Assembly (NCBI GenBank): GCA_028534125.1
Contig: CM052818.1
Location: 14,324,001 to 14,384,000 of the forward strand
Direction of reading: 5' to 3'
Length of the DNA: 60,000 nucleotides
From: Lama glama
Taxonomy: Eukaryota
The position numbers were made by a program, and so were the translations under genes. The notes beneath the pieces are model-generated. The model ran no database searches. It saw only the letters and a list, made by a program, of their open reading frames with translations, and was not told where the DNA came from. Shown piece by piece: positions 39,110 through 51,899 of the stretch (the first letter of the stretch is position 1; each line of letters begins with the position of its first letter).

Positions 39110-39300
39110 TGGAGCTACAGGTAGATTGCTTCCTTCAAATTCCATCTTCAACTTTCACTAAACGTGTGACTCTCAACAAGTGATTTTTAACGCCTATTTC
39201 TGTGCTTCAGTTTCCTTATCTGTAAAATGGGGGTGATGATTACTGTAACACACTTAGCACAGTGCCTGGCACATACTACACATTCAATAAATGAGCAATC
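39110..39300 (+). mobile_element. MIR SINE
   Basis: tctgtgcttcagtttccttatctgtaaaatgggggtgatgat...cttagcacagtgcctggcacata. Confidence 0.85.
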
Positions 39301-39805
39301 ATCACCAAACCACTATCATGGCCATTCCGTGCTATCTAGGAAGACTCATCAAAGCAGTTCTTTCATCATATTTTAGGAAGAGGTATGATTCTTGGTATGG
39401 ACCAATATCAGACAAGGAGGAAAATACTTTAGGAGCTAAATAGTGTAATTTGAGTATCTTTGACTTATTACTTAAAATGTCAAATTGTTCAGTTTTTTAT
39501 TTGATGCAATCAAATAAGTTGATGGATGAACCACTCAATTCTGTTTAATTGTCATTTCAAATCTTTGTAATTTTTGCTTTCACTGATAATTACACAAAGT
39601 AAATGTAAAACGTTACACGTTTTACCTTTGTAATCAACACTACTGGTCTATACTCTAAGATTTTTGAGGGGTGTTTTTTGAAGTCAGAGAAACTTCACCT
39701 GTGTGATCTGTGGTACTATTTTGTGCTTCACTTGCCTCCTACTAGTGACTTTATCAGAGGGAAGTAAGTCCATCCTTTCAAACAAAACAGTAGAGAGAAA
39801 CATGG

Positions 39806-40242
39806 TGTGGCAGTATGCCACTCTGGTGGCCCCAGTGAAAAATACTCCCTGGTTTTCACGCCCTTGTGCATTCAAACCCGTGAATCTGGCCTTGGTCATG
39901 TGACTTTCTTTGGCCAATGGGATGTTAGCAAGTGTGGTGTCAGCAGAGGCTTAATAAGCACTTGCACATGGGGGCTTGTCCCCTTGAATGCTTCGTCTTG
40001 GAATTAGACCCCTGAAAGGTAAAAGGCCAAGTGGAGGGTGACCCTAGGGGCCACTTGGACATTCCAGTTCCAACCAAGCCACCCACAGAATGCAACAGCG
40101 TGAGTGACCTTAGCCATACAAACGGAGCAGAAGTTCCTCTCAACAGAGCTTAGTCAACCCACAGGATCATGAGAAATAATAGATTGTTGTTTGGCTACTA
40201 CCTCTTAGGATGGCTTTTTACACAGCGATAGACAGCTAAACA
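39806..40242 (+). mobile_element. MaLR solo LTR (MLT1G/H-like)
   Basis: TG start; gaatctggccttggtcatgtgactttctttggccaatgggatgttagcaagtgtg..cagcagaggctt; ends ttacacagcgatagacagctaaaca. Confidence 0.85.
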
Positions 40243-40759
40243 CATGCTAATAAGTTACCTTCTTACTGACACATGGTGCTCACCCTAGGTTGCCACTTAG
40301 GAAAACCTTACTGTGGACACATTTCATTTTGATAGATTCAGCTCTAAATTTATAACCAACTGAAATGTCAGAAGGATGCCTGACACCCTGCTTCATCCTC
40401 TGAGCTATTTAAAAACATGTCACCCAGCTCAGCCTTGTCCTTACTGACATCTCCTCTAGGGGGCCTGGCTGGCTGGTGCTCCAGGCATTACACATCTTAT
40501 TTCGGAAAATGCTGACATATTGTTTCACAGACTATTGTCACAATACTGTGTCATGGAATCTTGAGCTGCCTTCATGGTAGCAGATTTCTGCAGGAACTGC
40601 CCCTATCTTTTCAGATTCTATGACTCTGTTTATGTTGAATCCTTGAAATTGGACAGTATCTCCAAATTATCATTAATAACTGCAAATTCTGATAAAGCTT
40701 TAATAGCCTAATCAATACTTTTAATAAAGTTTCCTTTTTCATTCAGATGTATATGTATT

Positions 40760-41335
40760 AAAAGTACTTATGAAACTATAGAAACAAAAAAAAGTGTACC
40801 TATAGAAAAAATACGAATATTGATAGTGGACTAACTGAATAAACTCCTGTATGTCCACACAATGGAGAGCTATGGAACTATCTTAAAAAAAAAATGAGCA
40901 CTTCCTTTCATACTGATAAGAAAAGTACTCCTAGGTACATTATTAAATGAAAAACAAAAAAGCAAGTTTCAGAACAGTGCATATGGTATGCTTTCCTTTG
41001 AGCAACAAGGGTGAGAAATCTATATTTGTATTTGCATGTATGTGTAATATATTTTAAAATCTGAGGGCAGGAGTGGGAAACTGACACCTGGGGTTTCAGC
41101 ACAAGAAGGAGATTTTTCAGTGTACACCTCTTCATACTTTCTGTTTTTTAAACCATGTGAATGTACTATCTACTCAAAATATGAAGTAAGTTGTTGAAGT
41201 TTGGGGGAGACAATAACAAAAATATTAACAGTGATTGCCTCTGGGTGGTAGGATTTCACATGCAGTTTTCTTTTGTTTATATTTCCTTTTTTTTTTTTGC
41301 AAACAAAATGCATGTAATTTAAAAAGCAATATTTA
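40760..41335 (+). mobile_element. L1ME-like 3' end
   Basis: tatgtccacacaatggag..., aaaaagcaagtttcagaacagtgcatatggtatgct, ttaacagtgattgcctctgggtggtaggatt. Confidence 0.7.
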
Positions 41336-41349
41336 TAAACAATTGAATA

Positions 41350-42980
41350 AAGGAAAAAAAATCCATTGGTAGTCCCACCATTTAATCCAACCACCATTAC
41401 TATTTTTTCTATGCATAAGCATTGTAATCACAAATATATACAATCTGGTATCTCTTATCTGAATATACCAAGGCTTACTTAACCATTTCCCTACAGCTGA
41501 ACACTCTGATAGCTTTTATTGTATCCTTTGTTAATAATGATGCAATAAATCTGTTTGAACAAAACGTCTTTTTATCTGTAGGCTAAATCCTCAAAAGTGA
41601 AATTCTGTTTCACAGGGTGTACACATTCTCAGAAGCCTGATATATACTGTCTAAATGTTTTCCAAACGGATTGTTGTCAGCAGAAATTTATGAGAACTCC
41701 AGGTTCATTAAATTATCACTAGCTTTGATTTTTAACATTTTAAAAATCTTTGCTAATAGGCCAAATTTGAATCTTTTCATAATATTTTACATTTCTTTTG
41801 CAACTAATGAAGATGAACATTTTTCTATTTGGGTTCCAGTTTAATTCCTCCCTAAAAATCTTTTTTTTTTCCAAATCCTTTGTCCATATTGAGATCTCTT
41901 TGCTTTGTTTATGGGTTTTAAAAATATATTTTAGTTATTAGCAAGTGTTAGACCTTGTCTGTCTTTTCCATTGGAAATATTTTTCCTCTGTCATCTGCAT
42001 TTTGCTTTACTTTATTTATAGCATTTTATAGGGTTAGGTTTTTATGTATTCATATCCAGTTTATATGTTTTGACATCAATCCCTTCCATCAGAGGTCTAA
42101 TAAAGATTTCATTTAATTTTCTTCTATTTGATATACTTAGATTTTTTTTTAACATTTCTTTAATTTATTTAGAATTAATTTCTGTATGCATGTTAGAAGA
42201 GGATTTGAATAGATATTTTGAGACCATCCAAATTCCTTAATAGCATTTATTGAATACTCTTTCCTCATCAATCATGTGGGCCTTCCTTATAATACTTTTA
42301 TTTCTTTTTTCTACATTTTTAAAGTGAAGTGCCATCAGTTACAATGTGTATATTTTTCCCTTATGTGTACTAGTCTCCATTTCTATACTAGGTACTATGT
42401 TCCACTGATTTACATCAATATCATACTCTTTACTGTAATTTGAGACTATCTTTCCACAAATGGCAGTGCTAGTACACAGTAGGATGGTCACAACCATTTT
42501 CTTTGATGCCATCTCTTTCTTTAATATTTATCCATTATCTATTTCAGGTAAATAGTTTTAACTTGCAAAGCTGGTCCATGGTTTTTATTGGAAATTGGTA
42601 TAAATCGATAAATTATTTTAAGTAGAAATTGTTTCTTTAATATATTCTTGCCTCCAGAAAGAGCATGGTTCTTGCTCCCATTCAGTCTGGCCTCTTTATA
42701 GCTCATCACCATTCCTGTTTGTCTATTCAGTCGGTTGGTTGGTTGGTTTTCTTCTCACAGGTCATACATATTACACATTAAAAGTATTCCTTGATACTTT
42801 TTGGGTTTTTCCCCTATTGTGAATGAGGTCTCTTTTTATTATATTTTCCTAACTGCTATTCCTTACATAGGGGAATGTTATTGATTGTGTATTTACCTTG
42901 AATCCAGCCCATTTGGGGACTCTATTATCATACTGGAAAATGATTTCCAGTTTAGGTTTTCTGGAAATACAAGCTGTTTT
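41350..42980 (-). mobile_element. Highly degraded L1ME-like ORF2/3' region
   Basis: T-rich; ttacttaaccatttccctac, aatcctcaaaagtgaaatt, actaatgaagatgaacatttttc, gcatttattgaata, tttttattggaaattg. Confidence 0.75.
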
Positions 42981-44554
42981 GACACTTAAATGGGTCTGGA
43001 ATTCTGTTAATTCATGGAGAAAACAAAGATCATTAATGGCATCACAATGGCCAATCAACTGGCTGATTTGAATGTTTACTTTCAATCAACTTCCAACTTT
43101 ACTATCCTATGGACACAGGCTATGTTTTAGGGACGTTACCACGGAATCCTGTAAAAATAGATATGCGAATGAATGCTAACGAATTACAAGTACAATAGCA
43201 GTTCTTGATTTAGCTGTGAGCAGGGTACCCAGCTCACTCTCACTGTGCTGACAATCGCAGGTCAGGAGAAGTGAGAATCCTAAAATGGAAAGGAAATTTA
43301 AGAAATCAGCAGAATGACTGAATCAGTGCAGGTGAGTTTTAATTACCTGCCTGGATGCCTGAGTCCATTTGACATTTAATTGGTTCTGCCTTTGTCCAGA
43401 TAGATTTGGTACCACCTTCATCCAGAGAGATTCCTAAGAAAATCTGAAAGGCACTGGCTTCAAGGATATTTATCACTGATGCCTTCATCTTAGACAAAAA
43501 AACACGGTCCTTCTGTGTTATCTTCATCACAAGTCTCCTCTAGGTACACAGGGAATGGGACTCTGGCTCCCTTTGCTTTATTCCAGGGGCCAACATGGCC
43601 AACCCTGCTGCCTCTACTGGGAGAAGCCACCTTGCCCCAGCCCCTGATGACAAGGATGTAGAGAGGTAAGTGCAGGGCACTCTACCCCAAAGAAGACCCG
43701 CAGGAAGTGCAGGGGATAAAAACACTGAGAGGACAATCAGGAGAGGGGTGAGGAAGGAGGGAAGCTGAGAAAGGCTTGGTATGGACTGATAGGTGTCATA
43801 AGGGTAAAAAGAAAAAAAAAAACGGTTATAATCCATTCTCTGCACTCTGTGTATGCTCCAGCGACTAAAAGTCAAGAGTTTCCTTCTGATGATGGCTGAA
43901 ATTTCCTGCCTTCCAACTGTTAAAGGCCTGATCGAGGGGTTATCTGACGCGTGAATCTCTCTCCTCTGGAGAAAGTTGAAGAGAAAGGACTACAGCATGT
44001 GGGCCTCTGCCTTGTCTAAAGTCCTGTTTCTCCATGGAAAAGGTGAGTGAAAAGTCCAGCTGGAGTAGCAGTTTAGCGGAGGATGAACGTTGGAGCGGTG
44101 CACTGGCTTCAGTAGGAATGTTTCCACTAGGCGATGCCAATCAAATGCCAGGAGTTTCAAAGCAATATGGCTAGTAAAGAGCTAAGAGAAATGACTTGTG
44201 CTCTGAGAAGCAGCTGGAGGACAATAGAATAGGGTCATTTTTTAACAGTAGTGAAGTAAACATAAAGCAGGCAATCTCTCTGTTTTATAAGATCTGTGGC
44301 AAAGGACCCTTGCCTGGAAAATCAGCGTCTGGATGCCCAGTGGCCCTGCCACTCAGAGAAGTCCCCTCGGGACGACTAGCTCAGAGCGTGGAAGGCCTGA
44401 GGAAACGAGCATGCAATTGCTTTTCATTTTTAATTGTGTGTTCTGACTTCCAGCCTCCCTCCCTTCCTCTTCTTAGATGGCTGCTCTCTCCTATAAAATT
44501 AGGTAAACTGTCATTCCCAGTTACCTAGGGAGAAATGGGTTCAATACAATCTCC

Positions 44555-44814
44555 TTGAGGTGGGAAGCCCCATAAAAAGACCAGCAGGACCCCCAGGCAG
44601 GGCCACTGCTCTCCTGCCAGCATCATCCGGTTCCCTAGCCCAGAGGTTCTATCTCACTTTTTGCCTCTGAAACGGCTTACTTACCCCTAAAATTCTATTG
44701 GTTTCCTGAACTCACTCCTGACTGGTTGTTTCCTTCACTTCTGATTGGTTATTTTCTTCACTCCTGATTGGTCCATTTCCCCTACTCCTGATTGGTTATT
44801 TCTCTCCCTCCTGA
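44555..44814 (+). mobile_element. Probable ERV LTR U3 fragment ending in a CCAAT-box tandem repeat
   Basis: ggcttacttacccctaaaattctattggtttcc followed by repeated cactcctgattggt..tttc units, reminiscent of ERV1-class U3 regions. Confidence 0.5.
44713..44814 (+). repeat. ~23-bp tandem repeat, 4 copies plus a partial (consensus CACTCCTGATTGGTYATTTCYYT)
   Basis: Units start at 44713, 44736, 44759, 44783 and 44806 (partial). Confidence 0.9.
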
Positions 44815-45059
44815 GAACATCCTGTGCTGGCAGGCCTCTTCTTCCTCTAAGCTCTGAGTGAAACTGCCTGCATTTGGGGATGCTCCAGCCCCATCCTCTC
44901 CGGGAAGGGCCTTGCTTGCCTTGCTCACTACTACCCCCCAGAGCACGACATGGTGCGTAGCACCATTAGGTACAATTGTTGAATGAAGCCTGCGCCAAAC
45001 TATGTGAGCTCAACGTGTGGTTGTGATCCATCTCAGAGACGTCCGCGGGCAAAACCAAA

Positions 45060-45240
45060 AATTCCGAGCAGATTTTTTTGAAGCCTGAAGCTTATACAAT
45101 TTGCAGGAAGGGAGCAGTTTAAGGGGAAAAGCACATAAGTTGATAAATACAAAATTAGCCAAAGAGCCTTGGAAGGGGCCTGAGCAAGTGAGGGTGAGGA
45201 AACATCAGCGTCCTCTGTTTTGTGATAAATCCACCTCTGC
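45060..45240 (+). mobile_element. MER53-like hAT MITE
   Basis: gcctgaagcttatacaatttg...aatacaaaattag...ccttggaaggggcctgagcaagtgaggg...taaatccacctctg. Confidence 0.8.
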
Positions 45241-45669
45241 TACCCACGAGCGGTGTGGAGGGCACCGCCACCCCCCCCAAACCCCAACAACACCACTACT
45301 AGTCCACAAAGATGGGGACAGAACTCTCCTGATGAGTTGCTGATCTCCCACAAGATAACCACACCCTTGGTTGACCACAGGCTTAACAGTTGTTGCAAAC
45401 GCACCTAAAACGTTTGGTTATTCACATCAGATTCCTAATGTGAGTATCTGTGGCCTCCATTATAACCTCCATACCAAGACACATGAAAGCAAGTCTTAGA
45501 CTGAATTCTGCCACCCATGGAAATGTGGATTCACAAGCAAGCACGAAACAGTCCTACACATTCTGGGATCTCTGTGAAGTCCCAGCTCTGTTCTGTGCAT
45601 GGAAGGTTGACTAGATGCAAATATGACAGCATTCTGGTGACAGGATATTATCAGATTCAGGCACAAGAA

Positions 45670-46445
45670 TCCTCTATTAAATATTTCAGAAGTTTTGTTT
45701 TGTTTTGTTTTTCTAAGAACAACAGCATTCTGCTAGATAAGAACTGTACTAACATTAAAATCAGGAAATTTAACATTGATGTAAACCTATTATCTAATCC
45801 GCAGTCCATATTCAAATTGTGTCATTGTCTCAGTAATGTCCTTTATAACTCTTTTTCCCTTGGTCTGGGATCCATTCCAAGTTTACAGACTGCATTTGGT
45901 CATCAACACATTGCCTCCTTTAATCTGGAACAGTTCCTCAGTCATTTTTTGCCTTTCTTGACCTTGAAGTTTTTGAAGAGTAAAGACAAATGAGTTTGTA
46001 GAATGTTGCTCATTTTGGCTTTGTCTGCTGTTTCATGACTAGATTAAGGTTATGCATTTTTGGCAGGAATGCTGCAGAAGTGATGCTGTGTCCTCAGTGC
46101 ATCATAGCAGGAGGCACAAGATAATGGGTTGCCCTGTCACTGGGTGATGTTCATTTCGATGGCTTGGTTAAGATGGGGGCCATGCAAGATACCTCACTAT
46201 AAAGCTACTGCTTCCCCTCTTCATAATTAATGAACAACATCGAGGAAGACACTGTGAGACTATGAAAATACATCATTCATCCTGAAACTCACCCCATGTT
46301 TTGGGCAACAAGGATGAGTTTCTAATTCCATCATTTCTTTTATTTTTATTGTTGAATTTCTATTATAAGAAATTTTACTTGATTGTTTATTTCAGTTGGA
46401 ACTCACAGAATTTTATTCAATAGGTAGTAATCCACTATCACTAAA
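45670..46445 (-). mobile_element. L1MC4/5-like 3' end
   Basis: aaaatcaggaaatttaacattgat...tcctttaatctggaacagttcctcagtc...catgactagattaaggttatgcatttttggcaggaat. Confidence 0.85.
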
Positions 46446-47384
46446 ATTTTAAAACCCTGTTTAGGTAAGAGTGGGATTGCCTGTAATTTCCAGCCCCCGT
46501 CTTGTACACATTTCATTTTACTGACGACATCCATTTGTCTAAGCCTCAACTGCTCAGCCAGGGTAAAGACAGCAGAAGCATTTTTAGCAGCTCAAGGACC
46601 CCTGCAGTGTATGTTCCTGAATCAAGAAAACTGAATTCTCAGATTGTAGATTAAAGCAAACACGCATATTTAGATCACAGTGCCTATGTCGAAGAATGTA
46701 AAGTAAATTATAGAGTACATAACAGTAATTAAACCGGGGAAGACAAGAGAATGGAAAGATAGGTAAAGTTAAGAGGAAATGCTCCCACCTCCTCTTGGAG
46801 CTAAATTAGTATGCTTTTTGCTTGCTGTCTGAATTCCACCTCAGCTCAGCCCCTCCTCCCCTTTTTGCTCTTGGGAACCCAGCTTGCCTGCACGGAGCTC
46901 AGACTCCCTGCTCCTGACCAAAGCTGTAGGCTTAACAACAAATGTCCTGCCCTCCCCGGAGGAGGCCTGAGACGGTCCAGCACCTCTGTAATTGGACAGG
47001 TAGGTCTGTCTGGCGCTCAGATCAGTTACAGAGCCCATTTGTCCTAACAAAGCCACTTCCTCCAAACTAGCCTTGATCTGGTAATAAAGTTAATATTTTG
47101 GCCTTTCTCCAAAGAACACCTCTTGTCTCATTTCTCAGTTGGCTTGGAACATGGCTGGGAAGAGGCAAAATTTATCAGAGACCTCAACCTCCCAAGGTCC
47201 ACCTGTTCCATTGCTATTTCAAGGCAGTTAAGCAGCCTCTCTCTGCTGACGATGCTCTCTCAATCTTCAACGGACCGAAATGTCTTCAAATGAGGAGGAA
47301 CACCCTGTAGCCTCTTCCTCACTAAATGCCGGTGCCCCCCGGGACTCGTGGACCCCAGGACCCCCCTTTCTCTGTGCCACCTCC

Positions 47385-47965
47385 TTCAAAGTTGACTTTC
47401 TATCCGGCATCCAGAATTACACTGTGAAACAAAAGTAATCTCTTCTGTGCTCAGAACGTTCCTCCATTCCTGAGCACCCTCAAAGGAAAAGCCGAAGTCG
47501 TTACCTCGGCCTCCTGAAACACAAATGTGGTTCGGGTGACAAAATGGGGGTGTTGACTAAGGTTATCTTGCCTGTGGCGTGGCCCTGGCTCCCCAGCTCC
47601 CCTTCTAACCTCTGCCTCCTACCCTTCCCCTGCTCACTCCTTTCCAGCCATTCTGGCGTCATTTTGTGGCTCTAACACACCAGGCACATTTCATTCTCAA
47701 GACCTCTGCCCTGGCTGTTCCCTCTCTCGGGAACAATTTCCCTCACTTATCTGCATGACTCATTTCCTTACCTTCTTTGATATTTATCCAAATGTCATCT
47801 TCTCAGGGAGACCATCACTGAACCACCTACCTAAATTGCAACCCCCCCAAATACATACACCTCTTCAGTCTCTCTTCAGCACTTATCAGCACCTATTGTT
47901 ATTATATATTCTATTGTTAATTGTCTGTGTCTCACACTAAAATGTGAGCTCTCTCAGGACAGGGC
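47385..47965 (+). mobile_element. L2 LINE 3' portion
   Basis: ccctgctcactcctttccagcca...ggctgttccctctctcgggaac...aaatgtcatcttctcagggagacc...aaaatgtgagctctctcaggacaggg. Confidence 0.8.
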
Positions 47966-48023
47966 ATACAACTGAAGAAAGAATTTGAAATCCGGAATAT
48001 AGAGCTATTACACAGAACGCCAC

Positions 48024-48411
48024 TGTTGCGGACTGAATGTGTCCCCCCATCCCCAAGTTCATATGTTGAAGCCCTAGCCTTCTGTGTGACTGTATTTGGG
48101 GATGAGGCCTCCAAGTAAGTAATTAAGTGTTGGGGGGGGGTCCTGATCCAATGGAATTATTGTCCTTATAAGAAGAGACACTGGAGAGCTCCACTTCCAA
48201 CCGCGTCTCTGTGTACACAAAGAGGTCGTGTGAACACACAGCGAGATTGTGGCTATCTACAGGTCAGGAAGAGAGTCCGCACCAGAAACTGAACCTGCCA
48301 GCACCTTGATCTGACACTTCTAGCCTCCAAAACCATGGGAAAATAAATTTCTATTGTCTATGCCACCAAATCTATGGTCTTTTGTTATGGCAGGCTGAGC
48401 AGACTAATACA
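48024..48411 (+). mobile_element. Complete MaLR solo LTR (MLT1A-like), TG...CA, 5-bp TSD GCCAC (48019-48023 / 48412-48416)
   Basis: ggactgaatgtgtcccc...ttcatatgttgaagccct...gcaccttgatct..acttctagcctcc...aataaatttct...gactaataca; TSD seen directly. Confidence 0.93.
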
Positions 48412-48429
48412 GCCACATACAGAGATTTT

Positions 48430-49125
48430 TTTTTTTAAGACACAGAGTAAGATGGTAGAAATAAAACTAATATGCGAGTAGTTACATAAACATAAAGAGA
48501 TTAAACTCTCCAATTAAAAAACAGAGATTGTTAGACTAAATCTTTAAGAATCCAGGTCTATGATATTTATAGGAGATACACTTAACACAAAATAATAGAA
48601 ATACAGGGAGTGGGGGGAAGAATGTAAAAAATCCACATTAGGCAAATATTAGCCAAATGAAATTTCTATACTAGCCAAATGAAATAAAACTAATATCAGA
48701 CAAAATAAAGTTTAAGGCAAAACCATTACTTGATAGAAAGATGGTAACTACATAAAAATGTTAAAACTTCAGTTCATCAGGAAGATAATAAAAATTCTAA
48801 ACTTGGAGAGACTTAGTAATGAAGCTTGAAACAATATAAAGCAAAATTGACAGACTAATCCCCAACTCAATTTATGAAGCTCTCCTAACCTTGATAGCTC
48901 AAACCTAAAGGGATTGTGTAAGAAAGGAGAATGATACCAGTCTCACTCATGAACATGACGGCAAAAATCCTAAACCAAATTTAGTAACCAAATCTAGCTT
49001 TGTAAAAGCAGACAACATAATGCATCACGACTAGTTTATCTCAGGAATGCGAGTTGGGCTAAATAATATTACTGTTGCAATTTACTTTCCAACGAATTAA
49101 AGGAGGAAAAACATGATTCCATCGA
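48430..49125 (+). mobile_element. Old L1 ORF2 remnants (endonuclease/RT region, decayed)
   Basis: ttaaactctccaattaaaaaacagagattgttagact, taatatcagacaaaata, tctcactcatgaacat..gcaaaaatcctaaaccaaat. Confidence 0.75.
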
Positions 49126-49129
49126 TAGA

Positions 49130-50090
49130 CACTGCCACTAACACGTGCAGGGCTTGGAGCATGAATATGAGTGGAAGCCTGCATATCATGAAAATGAATT
49201 TTAAAGTTATAAATCGACCTAGGAAACTGATGAACAAACCATGCTTTATCTTTCTACCTTGATAAATATACCTTCATAAGGACAACATTTTAAAATATGC
49301 ACAAAGCCTTGGTTTTTTATAATATCAGGTTGTGGTTATTTGTTACCGGAGCCCCAAGGAAGCAAGACAAAACACAGCTGTAGGCAATTTGTGCAACGAT
49401 TAACCAAGGAATAAAGAAATTAATCAGTTAGCGATTGGAATTTAAAGTATCAGACTTCAAAAATACCCATGAAGTCCTGTCATACCTTGTATGTTATTGA
49501 AGAGCATGCAAAAACATCCAAGATGACTAAATCTAAGTATTATTCGGCATATCTCGATAGTCTTTTAAGGGACTGGCTATGTTTAAATGAATAATAAACT
49601 TAAAACATAGATAAGGTGTACATTTGTTCCATAAAATATATTTTTCTCACTTCTGTTCTAGTAAAATTACTAATTTTGATGTTATAATCAAGATTGTCAT
49701 ATAACTTGTTGATAGTAATGATCTATGTGACTGAAAATAAAACAATTTTATTAAACAGACACAAAATTTGAATATATTTTCATCAAAAAGATAAACTGAG
49801 ATAAATGTAAAAGTTAAAAAAAACCCCTATTTTTATTACATTGTCTAAGAGAGCTATTTTATTTACACCCAGCACTGAAGTGTAATGTACCCTTGAAAAG
49901 AGAAATTGCAAATACATTTAACAAGCCATGGTTCTACTCCCAAATTTCCACCACGCTGTAGACTATCTGTGGATTAGATTATATCAGTTACACATGAGAT
50001 TAAGGACTAACCAAACAGTCTGAATTTCCACATACGTGCTGTCCTAGCAGACACAATTTTAATTTTTCTGACTCCCCCCCTCCTTTCACT
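49130..50090. mobile_element. Probable hAT-Tip100 (Arthur1/MER69-like) DNA transposon remnant
   Basis: gtgcagggcttggagcatgaatatgagtggaagcc...aaagttataaatc and an AT-rich body; family call from memory. Confidence 0.4.
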
Positions 50091-51420
50091 TTGGGGTGAA
50101 CTAATACCATTGTTACAAACAATACATGAATGCTTACTGATTCACAACTTGTTAGGTAAAAGCAAATTTAAACTGTTACTGAGTTAGAATGCTTCAAATG
50201 AAAGCTGATGCATTGCTAAAAACATTCTAACTATACTGAGACTCACAGGAATAAACAAGTGTACTAAACACGATTTCACTTCAAAACAGACACCCTTCTG
50301 GGTAGAAAAAAAATCAGTGCTTACATTTTAAATCCTTGAGTATTCTTCCTCTGCCTCTTTAACTGCACCCTCTTAGAGTTCAGATTTGAAAGAAAAATTC
50401 TCTAGCAGTGAATGGTGAAGGGAAGTTATCAAGAGCTGCGTCACTCGGGGGACTTTGATTAGATGCTTTTGTTCTGTAGGAGTGACAATCACTATCTCCA
50501 GAATCGAGAGCCCTGTCCCAGCCCCATCAAGCACCAGTCTGACTACCACCTCCCCATCCCTAATTCCCAGCACTTAGATCTGAACACGGATATCAATACC
50601 TGATCAAACACCATGTCAGCAAAATAAAACTGTAAAAACCAACAGCATCAAACCCTAGGAATCAGAAAATGACAATAGTAAGAATATGTGGTGCTGGTGG
50701 AAAAAAATATATACAATGGAACAAAGAAACTAGAAGTAGGTAGGCCCCCCAAAATACGGAAAAGAGGATCATAGGGTGAAGTAGTGAAACCAACAAGGAC
50801 TGACTAAAATATAAATTTATTATTAATACTCATTCATTCGTTCAAGAAATGCTGTGGGTTAAGTGCCTGCTACAGGTTAGGTTTAGGCACTGGGTCCAGG
50901 GGATTCAATGTGAACAGAAGACAGGGGTCTGGGTTCACCTTGTGTTTTTGCTGTGAGACAAAAATTAAGTAATGCTAACTGTACCCGGCACTTAATAAAT
51001 CTTAGATGCTCTGTAGAAATCAGTCATTAAAATTCTAATATTGGAAAGAGGATGAGTGAAGATTGTTTACTAAATAACATTGAGACAATGGGCTATTTAA
51101 ACATGGGGGAAAACAATTTAGAGGCACTTCTTATAAAGATCATCAAAATAAAATTCAGAAGAATTTATTGAACTATAAACATTGTATAAAAAGCACAAAA
51201 TAACCAAGTTATTATATCTATGGAGAAGATGACTCTCCTCCGTGTTGAATAAAGTCATCAAGAGGAAAAAAAAGATAAATCTTAATATTTAAACATTTTA
51301 AAATTCCATACCAAAACCAAACGGCAGACCGGGGAAAATATTTTGAATCTGTATAACTGATAAACAGGGTAAAAATCTAGAGAAAGCATATCAGTTCATA
51401 ACCAAATCACAATAAATAAA

Positions 51421-51891
51421 TGTGATAGGCAGAATAATGCCCCCTCCCCAAAGACATCCACATCTTAATCCCAGAACGGAGGAATAGGTGACATTCATTA
51501 CACAGCAAAGACGAAGTAAGTTTGCCAATCAACTGACCTTAAAACAGGGAGACTCTCCTGGATTATGCCAGTGGATGCAGTGTAGTCACAGGAGTCCTTA
51601 AAAGTGGAAGAGAAACCTAGACGTTCAGAGCGGTCTGTTGCGAGAAGGACTTGTGTCCACACTGCTGGCTCTGAACGTGGAGGGAGGGTCCACAAGCCAA
51701 AGGATATGGTACCTCTAGCTGCTGGAAACGGCTAGGAAATGGATTCTCCCCCTAAACGCCTCCAGAAAGGCAGCCGTGCTGACACCTTGATTTCAGCGCT
51801 CTGACACTTGTGTCCGGATTCTAACTTACAGAACTCTAAGAGAATAAAATTGTGTTGTCTCTAGTTTACGGTAACTTGGGAAGCGAATACA
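51421..51891 (+). mobile_element. MaLR solo LTR (MLT1D-like)
   Basis: tgtgataggcagaataatgccccc..aaagacatccacatcttaatccc...ctgaccttaaaacagggaga..tcctggattat...ggaaatggattctcccc...gctgacaccttgatttcagc...aataca. Confidence 0.9.
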
Positions 51892-51899
51892 GCCACCCA

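Noticed and set aside
44713..44814. CRISPR-like array
   Set aside because: Eukaryotic context; head-to-tail degenerate units with no unique spacers
45517..45993. 158-aa ORF
   Set aside because: Runs antisense through an L1MC 3' UTR
48650..48685. 14-bp direct repeat TAGCCAAATGAAAT; similar micro-duplications at ~350-390, ~6275-6309 and ~58542-58580
   Set aside because: Ordinary slippage duplications, mostly within decayed repeats; no sign of function
48024..51896. Full MaLR provirus bounded by the two LTRs (GCCAC flanks the left of the first and the right of the second)
   Set aside because: The LTRs belong to different subfamilies, the first already has its own GCCAC TSD on both sides, and the interior is L1/DNA-transposon debris; likely coincidence
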